A DNA stretch of 54,273 bases. Origin: an uncultured virus (IMG/VR IMGVR_UViG_3300017613_001373) (Duplodnaviria; Heunggongvirae; Uroviricota; Caudoviricetes). Location: the IMG/VR virus record IMGVR_UViG_3300017613_001373. The stretch is one strand, 5' to 3'. The translations under genes were made by a program, and so were the position numbers. The stretch's first letter is position 1. Each line of letters opens with the position of its first letter. Positions 46,750-54,273 of this stretch are shown here, piece by piece. Under the pieces are notes generated by a model. It did no database searches, was not told where the DNA came from, and worked only from the letters and a program-made list of their open reading frames with translations.

Positions 46750-47181
46750 ATGTCAATTGAAATCACATTCACAATAAAAAACGAAACCATTATCAAAAGA
46801 TGGGATCGTGACAATACCAATTCACGAACATATACAAAGCTAACAGCGTCAAGCTCAAAACGCTTGGGAAATTTCATTGCAGAAAATAAATATGATGACA
46901 ATGGTGTTTTTGGACATTACCATACATATAAATGTATCATTGAACCAATTGCAAGAAAACATTATTTTATGCTTAATCAGGAGTATCAAAAAGGTACAAT
47001 GGTCGGGCGAATTTGGGAAATCAATGAAGACATTTATTGGGATGCGTTAGAATCTTTGTCACCATTAAAATATGTGAAAAACGGTTTTCTCATGCGCGAA
47101 TTCATGATTGGGAATATTACAACAAAGTTCACAAACGTAAATGGGCAATATTATTGTGAATTTGTCGAATTTGGTCAGTAA
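46750..47181 (+). CDS. Protein with a DUF1419-like C-terminal domain
   Basis: WEI.ED.Y...LE.L.PL.....F.M.EF.....T..F....G.YY. Confidence 0.6.
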   Translation: MSIEITFTIKNETIIKRWDRDNTNSRTYTKLTASSSKRLGNFIAENKYDDNGVFGHYHTYKCIIEPIARKHYFMLNQEYQKGTMVGRIWEINEDIYWDALESLSPLKYVKNGFLMREFMIGNITTKFTNVNGQYYCEFVEFGQ

Positions 47182-47295
47182 CTGTAAACAGCTTTACACC
47201 TAAAGTGTAAAATAGTTTACAGACAGAATCGAAAAAAAGGTTTATACTCTATTTAAGTCAAGGCAACAAGCTAAGACAAAATGAGGATAAACCTT

Positions 47296-47661
47296 ATGTC
47301 ACTCCCAAGTAATTTTGTAAATAAGGCAACAAGATTAGCATTATACAAAAACGCAGATTTTCATTGCGTATACTGCGATGAACCAATTGAAAGGGATATA
47401 CGGCAATTATCGCTTGACCATCTTCACGCCAGATCGAAAAATGGCGAAAAAAGTAATCCAAAAAATCTTGTTTGCTCATGTAATGATTGCAATGTAAAAA
47501 AGGGAAATAAAACCGTCTCCCAATTTGCAAGATTGATCGGGCTTCACCCCAAAAAACTCAAAAGCAGAATTAATAAAATCACTAAAAAACCGCTTGATAC
47601 AAAATCAGCGAATAGCGCAATTAGAAAACATGGTTATTTGACTGCAATAGCGATTTTCTAA
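47296..47661 (+). CDS. HNH endonuclease
   Basis: CVYC...SLDHL..RSKNG.....NLVCSCNDCN.KKG; GAGGA RBS. Confidence 0.85.
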   Translation: MSLPSNFVNKATRLALYKNADFHCVYCDEPIERDIRQLSLDHLHARSKNGEKSNPKNLVCSCNDCNVKKGNKTVSQFARLIGLHPKKLKSRINKITKKPLDTKSANSAIRKHGYLTAIAIF

Positions 47662-47766
47662 TAAGTGTAAACTATTTTACACTTTAGCTTGACAACAAAA
47701 AAATATCTGTTATCATTGATTTTATTGAACAACAAACAGCGACAATAAGAATAGAGAGGTAAGATT

Positions 47767-48624
47767 ATGGACATAATAATAGACTATGAACAGTTAAAAA
47801 AACGATGCCAACAACCTGAGAATGAATTAATTGGCAATAAAAAATATCGTTTTTTTGACAATGGTGGTGACGTGCTTGCAGTTGCTCATGTCGATGTTGC
47901 TCCGTCTATAACAAAATATCGAACAATGTTTTATCAAGCTGAGAATGTGACATATTCACCATCATTAGATGATAGATTAGGTGTTTATATTTTGATGGAT
48001 TTATTGCCAAAATTAGGATTGACTTTTGATCTCTTGTTGACAACGGATGAGGAAATAGGTCAATCAACTGCACAACTTTTTAAAACTAAAAAAGATTATA
48101 AATGGATGTTCCAATTTGATCGTTCTGGAGTTGATGTTGTGATGTATGAATATGATACCCCTGCTAATCGTCGTTTATTAAATCAGGTAGGGTTGATAAC
48201 AGGGATTGGCTCATTTTCAGATATTTGTTTCCTAGACTTTTTAGGGTGTACAGGTTTCAATTTTGGTACAGGATACTATAATGAGCATACCCTTCAATGT
48301 CATATGGTGGAAGATGACACGATAAAGATGATAAAAGGATTTATTCTATTTTTTAATCAAAATAGCGATATTTTCTTAGACTATAATCCTGTTGAATATG
48401 AGCAAATCGCATACACTTATGGTAAACAATCCCCATACTTAACTCCAGTGCATGAAGAAACGTATGATCCGTTGGATAATGTTTTAGAATATGATGATTT
48501 AGGCAATATCCTAACCAATCCCGACGAATTATGTGAATATTGTAATCAAGCATATTCCGATCTATATATTGCCGACTTAGACTGTACATTGTGTGATAAT
48601 TGCATGGTATTTTTAGGATTGTGA
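47767..48624 (+). CDS. Zn-dependent exopeptidase-fold hydrolase (M28/M42-like) with C-terminal zinc finger
   Basis: AHVD, SLDDRLG, TTDEEIG, QFDRSG, GYYNEHT; CEYC...CDNC. Confidence 0.8.
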   Translation: MDIIIDYEQLKKRCQQPENELIGNKKYRFFDNGGDVLAVAHVDVAPSITKYRTMFYQAENVTYSPSLDDRLGVYILMDLLPKLGLTFDLLLTTDEEIGQSTAQLFKTKKDYKWMFQFDRSGVDVVMYEYDTPANRRLLNQVGLITGIGSFSDICFLDFLGCTGFNFGTGYYNEHTLQCHMVEDDTIKMIKGFILFFNQNSDIFLDYNPVEYEQIAYTYGKQSPYLTPVHEETYDPLDNVLEYDDLGNILTNPDELCEYCNQAYSDLYIADLDCTLCDNCMVFLGL

Positions 48625-48736
48625 AAAATTACAAAACTGTAAAGTAGTTTACACTTATTCTTGACAAGTGTAAAATACCTGCTACACTTGTCAACATGTC
48701 GCCAATAAAGACGGCATTACAACGGAGAGAAAAATC

Positions 48737-49306
48737 ATGTTAGGTTACAAAACTGGGAAATATGACAGTAACGGTTATCAACACTTATACATTGAGCTAT
48801 ACACTATCGCAAAAGATGGTTACACGACGAGATTTGGTAATCTTTCATGGCAGGGTGATAATAGCAACGATCATTGGTATGGTTTCAAGTATGACAATCA
48901 ATCAAACCATTCAACAGCGTTTGAACAATTCATGAAATTTGGTAAAAAAGTTGTGGATGTATATGGCTTTTCACCATTAGAAATAGTGGAATGGTTGAAT
49001 AGTTTGCGTGGTATGAAGCGATTGATCTGGGATCAACGATTATCAGAATTAATCCCCGTTGATCAATATGTCGCAAGTGAAGGTAAATACGCCTATGAAG
49101 TTTACTGCAATAGTGTGTATGAGGATAAGATTTTAGCAATTGACGAACGAGACGCAAGGGGACAAATTTATAAAAAATGGTTGCGAGTATATCAGGAAGA
49201 TCGTGGATCAGGAAAAATTGAAGAATTTGTTGCAAATGGTCATTTAGTGATGGCTAGTGGGTATTACATCACACCACAAAGTTTCGATGATTTAATTGCA
49301 CGATAG
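48737..49306 (+). CDS. Hypothetical protein
   Basis: ACGGAGAG RBS; class B promoter. Confidence 0.75.
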   Translation: MLGYKTGKYDSNGYQHLYIELYTIAKDGYTTRFGNLSWQGDNSNDHWYGFKYDNQSNHSTAFEQFMKFGKKVVDVYGFSPLEIVEWLNSLRGMKRLIWDQRLSELIPVDQYVASEGKYAYEVYCNSVYEDKILAIDERDARGQIYKKWLRVYQEDRGSGKIEEFVANGHLVMASGYYITPQSFDDLIAR

Positions 49307-49502
49307 ATTAATCTAAAAACGCTTAAAATCGCCATTAGAACGGTTTTAAGCGTTTTTGGCTATCTATCCACATATCAAGCATCTACTCCCCACACAGCCC
49401 ATTTTAACCAATTTTCAAATTGCTCTTGACAGATGAAAAAATGTCTGATAAGATCATATTCAAGTCAAGCAGATAACGTGATTGAAAAAAAAAGGTGAAA
49501 TA

Positions 49503-49853
49503 ATGTCAAAAATTAACGCATATACTCCAGACTCCAGAAAAATCAAACAAAAATATATTGATACGGTATTAGGAAAGTTACAATCTCAAGGTTTGAGCTA
49601 TTCAAGCAAATGGTCTGAAATTGAAAAATGTTTAGATGAAACAGGGTTGCCAACTTTTTGCAAACGTGTAGCTTTACGCGCACGGCAAAATTTAATGATT
49701 GAAGACGTTGTGATCGTTAATGATGGTTACAATGGTGATACTGTTGAATGCTATGCTGATCCAATTGATGAAGATCAAACCTGTTATAAATTGCAGGTTA
49801 AAAATTCACACCTTACCAAATGGATTAGTAAAGAGGAATATAACCAACTGTAA
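49503..49853 (+). CDS. Hypothetical protein
   Basis: AAGGTG RBS before ATG 49503. Confidence 0.7.
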   Translation: MSKINAYTPDSRKIKQKYIDTVLGKLQSQGLSYSSKWSEIEKCLDETGLPTFCKRVALRARQNLMIEDVVIVNDGYNGDTVECYADPIDEDQTCYKLQVKNSHLTKWISKEEYNQL

Positions 49854-49962
49854 ACAACTTTACATCTAAAGTGTAAAATACTTTACAGTTAGAATCAAAA
49901 ACAGTGTTATACTTTTATCAGGTCGCCAACAAGAGCGATAACAATGAAAAAAAGGTGATGTG

Positions 49963-50166
49963 ATGAATAAATTTTATGTATCTTTATGGGGCGAACATGA
50001 CAATAGTGATGTTGAACTATCAGGAGATCATGTTTTCACGCATTATACAGAAATTGAACAATTATTAAAAGACAATCCCATGATCAGCGGTTTTGTGGTA
50101 ACTCATGCACTGGTTATAACATTCGATCATGGGGAAATAGATGTGGAGAAAATAGAAAATGGCTAA
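49963..50166 (+). CDS. Hypothetical acidic protein
   Basis: AAGGTG RBS. Confidence 0.65.
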   Translation: MNKFYVSLWGEHDNSDVELSGDHVFTHYTEIEQLLKDNPMISGFVVTHALVITFDHGEIDVEKIENG

Positions 50167-50389
50167 CGATACGTTTACTCAAAATTTGTTCGATTATGGC
50201 ACATTAGAATTATTTGCTAATACAGAATCAGATACGGCAATATTGCAAATTTCCAATGGTGCGTATGGTTTGCCTTTACGTGTAAGCGTTGATAAACAAA
50301 ACGCATTCTCAATTTATAATAATGCCTGTGTTAATACGCATGAGGAAATGAAAAAAATCATGATGGATAATAGGGTATATACCCCATAG
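50159..50389 (+). CDS. Hypothetical protein
   Basis: GGAG RBS; overlaps upstream gene. Confidence 0.65.
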   Translation: MANDTFTQNLFDYGTLELFANTESDTAILQISNGAYGLPLRVSVDKQNAFSIYNNACVNTHEEMKKIMMDNRVYTP

Positions 50390-50483
50390 TGTAAAGTAGT
50401 TTACACTTGGTATTGACAACGAAAAAATACCTGTTATCATTAATTTTATTGAACGGCAAACAGCGACAATAAAAGAGGATATA

Positions 50484-50792
50484 ATGAAATTCAAATTATC
50501 AATAAAGAAAAACAAAAATCGTGCAATCGCTGAAACAACTTCGCGTTATGATGTGTTATTAAACGGTAAAAAAGTAGGTGAATTGTATTATAACATGCGT
50601 GGTTATACAGGATGTTACCTGCCAACTCCAGACGGTAAAAAATTGGATTGTGGCGAACAATCTATCACACAATGGCGCAAAGATATGGCTCAATTAAACC
50701 GTGAAGCAAAAACAACTGAAACGATTATCTTACCAGTGATGAAAAAAGAAAAACCATATGTGAGTAAACACGTATGGTCAGATGTTTTTTGA
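50484..50792 (+). CDS. Hypothetical basic protein
   Basis: GAGGA RBS; class B promoter. Confidence 0.7.
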   Translation: MKFKLSIKKNKNRAIAETTSRYDVLLNGKKVGELYYNMRGYTGCYLPTPDGKKLDCGEQSITQWRKDMAQLNREAKTTETIILPVMKKEKPYVSKHVWSDVF

Positions 50793-50905
50793 AAAACAAA
50801 ACTGTAAAGTAGTTTACACCTAAACTGTAAACTACTTTACAGACAAGACTTAAAAACCTGTTATACTTCATTCAAGTCACAAGCAATTAAGAAACGGAGT
50901 TTAAA

Positions 50906-51070
50906 ATGGAAAAAATGACAGTTTGGATTTTGGATACTGGCGATGGATATTACAGCTATGCAATAGCAGTATATTCAACCGAAAAATTAGCACAAGCGGC
51001 TGAAAAAAAAGTCAATCAAGAAGACCCTGATTATCACACATTTATTACTGAACATGTTGTAGATGAATGA
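50906..51070 (+). CDS. Small hypothetical protein (54 aa)
   Basis: CGGAG RBS; MEKMTVWILDTGDGYYSYAIAVYSTEKLAQAA...; below ORF-track cutoff. Confidence 0.7.
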   Translation: MEKMTVWILDTGDGYYSYAIAVYSTEKLAQAAEKKVNQEDPDYHTFITEHVVDE

Positions 51071-51176
51071 AGAAAGTGTAAACTACTTTACACTTTAACT
51101 TGACAGGTAAGAAATACCTGTTATCATTAATTTTATTGAAGCAATGATGAAAATAATAAGGAGAGGAAAACATCTA

Positions 51177-51383
51177 ATGACTAACGAACGAATGGCAGAA
51201 CTGGAACGACTTTTACAATTTGCTCTTAACGAACTAAGTTATTTGCGCCCAGAGCAAGACCCAGATTCTGACTTTGATTACTGTACCTCCTGTTTTTCCC
51301 CAGAGTGGGATCACAAAGCAGGGTGCGAAGCAGTTCAATGGGAAGAAGATGCTCGAAAAGTTTTACGAAACTCAATCAAATGA
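51177..51383 (+). CDS. Small zinc-binding protein
   Basis: CTSC.....HKAGC; GAGGA RBS. Confidence 0.65.
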   Translation: MTNERMAELERLLQFALNELSYLRPEQDPDSDFDYCTSCFSPEWDHKAGCEAVQWEEDARKVLRNSIK

Positions 51384-52183
51384 AAAATTACAAAATCCAG
51401 ATCATAATGATCTGGATTTTTTTATTCCCAAAAAATAGAACATTTGTTCTAACAATGAATTTTTTCTTGTCAATGAATTTTTTCTTATTCCCGTATGTTG
51501 ATACACTCAGCACAATTCCCCCATTGCCTTAAAATTCACCCCCTACGCCACACAAAACAAGATCAGGGGGAATGGTAGCAAAAAACCATATAAAACGCTT
51601 AGACGGCGAATTTGACAATAATAGCAAAGTGTAAACTACTTTACAGTTTTTCCCCTTGACAACTCAAAACAAAACAGATAAGATAGTAAGCATTGAACAC
51701 GAAACGAAAAAAAAAAGAGGACAAAATGAGTATTTTAGAAAATGGTCAAAAAATTGTATATGAAAATGATGATTTATATTTTTATGGTAAGATTATAGCA
51801 TCATACATATCACAAAGTAATTTGTTTTATGTAGTCAAATTGGAAAAACCATTTGACAGTGTAGATCATACGCATCATATCACAAATATTTGTGTCGCAG
51901 AATGCTGGGTTAAACCAATTGACAAAAAAGTTGTTTTTGTAGATGAATGGAATGTTGAACGGAATGTTTCTGAATATTTCAATGAAGGATGGAATTGGGA
52001 AAATTTTAAAATTGGTGAAAAAGTCTATATTCAAGATATTGATTTTGAATTTTGCGAAGGGATTCAATGTGTTTTATTCAATGGTATCAAAAACGGCATT
52101 GTTAACTTATTGTAAAAAATTACAAAATCCAGATCATTACGATCTGGATTTTTTATTCCCCAAAAATAGAACAAATGTTCTAA
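51383..52183 (+). repeat. ~70-bp direct repeat (terminator hairpin plus AGAAC-N4-GTTCT box) at 51383-51452 and 52114-52183
   Basis: AAAAATTACAAAATCCAGATCATWAYGATCTGGATTTTTTATTCCCMAAAAATAGAACAWWTGTTCTAA in both copies. Confidence 0.9.
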
Positions 52184-52602
52184 AATCGCTTTCATCTACC
52201 AATGAACCAACTTAGTGTACAATAAACACTTAATACAATCCAACTGCCAATGCCATCAAGATATTTTTCAGAACAAATGTTCTATAAAAATCAATTTCTG
52301 ATACAATGAAAAATTGTAAAATTTTACAATTTGAGGGATGAACTAAAATCAGCCCATATCCCCCTACAATCCCCCACAATCAACGAAACGATAAAATAGG
52401 CGTATTGATACCACTATGCAAAATAAAACGCTTACAACGCGAAAAAACGGCTTAGTGTAAAATCCACACTTAATGAATACTAACTGAAAAAATAATGAAA
52501 AATTTTTCAGCCATACTCTTTGAAAAGGGTTAAAATAAATTTTTAGCAACAAATAGCCGAGTAGAAAACAAGAACAGAATTGTTTTTTAGAACAAATTTT
52601 CT
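51437..52602. promoter_or_regulatory. LexA-type (GAAC-N4-GTTC) boxes
   Basis: AGAACATTTGTTCT at 51437, AGAACAAATGTTCT at 52168 and 52270, one-mismatch copy at 52589. Confidence 0.6.
51726..52115 (+). CDS. Hypothetical protein
   Basis: GAGGA RBS before ATG 51726; class B promoter. Confidence 0.7.
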   Translation: MSILENGQKIVYENDDLYFYGKIIASYISQSNLFYVVKLEKPFDSVDHTHHITNICVAECWVKPIDKKVVFVDEWNVERNVSEYFNEGWNWENFKIGEKVYIQDIDFEFCEGIQCVLFNGIKNGIVNLL

Positions 52603-53009
52603 GTAAAATAGTTTACACTTACATCACTCTTGTCACCATGCCACTATGACAAGATGATACCATACGCCAGAATCGCCCCAAATAGCCTTAAAATCCCCTA
52701 TAAGCGCATTAATAATCAAAAAGGTGAAAATATACCAATGATCGCTATAAAACGCTTAGAACGCATTTTAAGGACTTAGTGTAAAAATAACACCTTAAAA
52801 CTTAGTGTAAAGATAACACTTAATACCCCTATCTCATAACTGCTATTTATACACTTTTGACCATCCCCGTAATATCTCCCCATATCCCCCTAGAATCGCC
52901 CATAACAAGCGCAAACCGTTAAAAGGTGTATTGGTAGCATAAAACAAAAATCGACGCTTAGAACGCATTTTAGAAACTTAGTGTAAAAATCACACTATAC
53001 ATAGATAAT

Positions 53010-53043
53010 AAAAAAGGGTTGCTATTATCAGCAACCCTTTTTT
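53010..53043. terminator. Bidirectional intrinsic terminator
   Basis: AAAAAAGGGTTGCT-ATTATC-AGCAACCCTTTTTT, downstream of the helicase stop. Confidence 0.85.
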
Positions 53044-53063
53044 AAATTGTAAAAAATTACAAT

Positions 53064-54273
53064 TTACACTAAGTATAAATTTGTTTCTGGTCTTGTCATA
53101 GCAACAAAAAGTAAATTCGTTTCTTGAGCTAACCAGAATTCATTATCTCTATTTTTATCGGCAAATTCCAAAAATCGTGCCATTATCACATAGACATTTT
53201 CCGCTTGCATACCTTTTGCTTTATGGCAGGTTGTAAGGGTTGCACCCTTATTAGAATTTGACAATTTTTTCAGTTCGTCTAATGCACCTTGCACAGTATT
53301 GTTTTCTAGCAAAAAGGAATAAATAGCAATCATATCATCATATTTTTCTAAATCTTCACTAGTTGCATTTTCACGCAATGTGAAAATCATGGCGCGTAAT
53401 GTCTCAAATGTTTCTTGAGACGTTTTTGTAATAGTGGGTTTCCCTGCTTTTTTCATACTTACATTGACATTTTTTCCCGTATCTTGTGTGCATTTTTCAC
53501 AACGATAATAATCCCCATATTTACCTTTCAACATGATCATATTTTCGCCACAAATATCATGAACCGTTTCACTACTCGCTCCTATTAACATTGTGGACAA
53601 TTCAGACAATAATTTTTTGTTGGTTAATTGTACTTGCTTATCTGATACAATGGCGCGTAATGCCACAGGGATTAATTCAGCGTTAGTACGTGCAATGATT
53701 AAGCTATCATCTGTTAAGTTTTCAATCATGCCGCTATGGTCAATATCTAACACTTGACCAGCTTTTTCAAAAGCTGGGATAATATTTGTATTGAAACGAC
53801 CGTTTACATAATCAGCTATCGTGCTACCAAAGCGATATGTTTTTGTTAAGCCAAAATTTACAGCATCTTCAATTTCTGCATAATTCCCCGCCCCCCTAAA
53901 CCCATAAATCGCTTGCATATCATCACCCAACAAAACAAGCGTATTTTTCGCCAAACTTTTTGCTAATTCTACTTGCGCCAATGATTGATCTTGAGCTTCA
54001 TCTAAAATGACAAGATCAAACTGTGCAGATACTAATTTTAACTTTACTGGGATATATATCATATCATCAAAATCAATGTTTTTCAAAGTTGTATCAATGA
54101 AATTTAAAGCGTTTTTAGCAAATCCCATATCCTCAGATGATAATTGTAAATTGTAAAAATTTACAATTTTTTCAATATCATCTGTTAAATTTGCTTTACA
54201 CAATGATACCACTTGCAAAATACCTTTTTGATTTTTCGTTTCCTGTTTTTTCAAAAAAGCAGATAAACGCCAA
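53064..54273 (-). CDS. UvrD/Rep-like SF1 helicase (N-terminus outside window) with an inserted topoisomerase-type zinc ribbon
   Basis: VILDEAQD, LGDDMQAIYGFRGA, LTKTYRF, IIARTNAEL, TCHKAKG, ETNLLFVAMTRP; frame open to the window end. Confidence 0.9.
   Translation of the reverse strand, partial: WRLSAFLKKQETKNQKGILQVVSLCKANLTDDIEKIVNFYNLQLSSEDMGFAKNALNFIDTTLKNIDFDDMIYIPVKLKLVSAQFDLVILDEAQDQSLAQVELAKSLAKNTLVLLGDDMQAIYGFRGAGNYAEIEDAVNFGLTKTYRFGSTIADYVNGRFNTNIIPAFEKAGQVLDIDHSGMIENLTDDSLIIARTNAELIPVALRAIVSDKQVQLTNKKLLSELSTMLIGASSETVHDICGENMIMLKGKYGDYYRCEKCTQDTGKNVNVSMKKAGKPTITKTSQETFETLRAMIFTLRENATSEDLEKYDDMIAIYSFLLENNTVQGALDELKKLSNSNKGATLTTCHKAKGMQAENVYVIMARFLEFADKNRDNEFWLAQETNLLFVAMTRPETNLYLV

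Larger units (their letters stand above)
38120..52620 (+). promoter_or_regulatory. Class B operator family AASTGTAAA-N4-TTTACACTT, usually 4 nt upstream of the -35
   Basis: Copies near 38120, 38534, 42334, 42766, 43413, 44342, 45160, 45483, 46657, 47180 (x2), 47663, 48635, 49846 (x2), 50387, 50800 (x2), 51074, 51627, 52600. Confidence 0.9.
35009..52976. repeat. Dispersed ~85-bp tripartite intergenic element (about 9 copies)
   Basis: Copies near 35009, 40010, 43881, 46361, 49326, 51531, 52366, 52690, 52891; right arm AAACGCTTAGANNGCRWWTT, central GG-N6-8-TAS core. Confidence 0.7.

Noticed and set aside
5505..51488. Short tandem duplications (18 bp near 5505, 14 bp near 29993, 18 bp near 51453)
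   Set aside because: Two-copy slippage-type duplications with no spacer structure or evident function.
38120..51650. Class B palindromes as a CRISPR array
   Set aside because: Copies are separated by whole genes (hundreds of bp), vary in sequence and sit at a fixed distance from -35 boxes; no cas genes are present.
2313..52552. Numerous minus-strand and alternate-frame ORFs inside the plus-strand gene run (e.g. 14256-14861, 11555-11878, 23911-24225, 24587-24805)
   Set aside because: They overlap better-supported genes, lack an RBS and have shadow-frame composition.
1..54273. Alternative genetic code (stop-codon reassignment)
   Set aside because: TAG, TGA and TAA all terminate well-defined genes and long conserved enzymes are intact in code 11; only isolated internal stops occur.

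Overview
This window is an AT-rich segment of a large lytic dsDNA phage genome. Several weak clues point to a Chloroflexota host; this is inference. Bases 1-2.1 kb hold minus-strand, apparently leaderless, probably virion-related genes. From 2.2 to 52.1 kb there are about 100 mostly short plus-strand genes, organised as promoter-RBS-ORF cassettes. Recognisable products include GMP reductase, a clamp-loader ATPase, a beta clamp, a metallophosphoesterase, a Thg1 C-terminal fragment, a CCA-adding/HD enzyme, an AEP-like protein, an RNA ligase, a 3D-domain protein, a ParB-like protein, a truncated ComM/YifB, a DUF2637-like membrane protein, a mini kinase, an ArdA-like protein, a GNAT, HNH nucleases and a Zn-peptidase. 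A repeat-rich non-coding block (52.1-53.05 kb) and a convergent UvrD-like helicase close the window. The most notable observations are: (1) two zinc-ribbon proteins carrying strings of amyloid-signalling-like (BASS/RHIM-like) motifs, candidate decoys of NLR/amyloid antiphage signalling; (2) two tRNA mimics sharing a U-U/U-U T-stem and aberrant anticodon arms, one with a 100-nt structured insert; (3) small terminated RNAs whose loops are antisense to the start of the next transcript, one also showing an anti-Shine-Dalgarno loop; (4) a ~500-nt structured non-coding region; (5) position-segregated palindromic operator families that often contain the stop codon of the upstream gene; (6) a dispersed ~85-bp tripartite element resembling strong gyrase sites. 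All family assignments come from motif recognition by eye; no searches were run.
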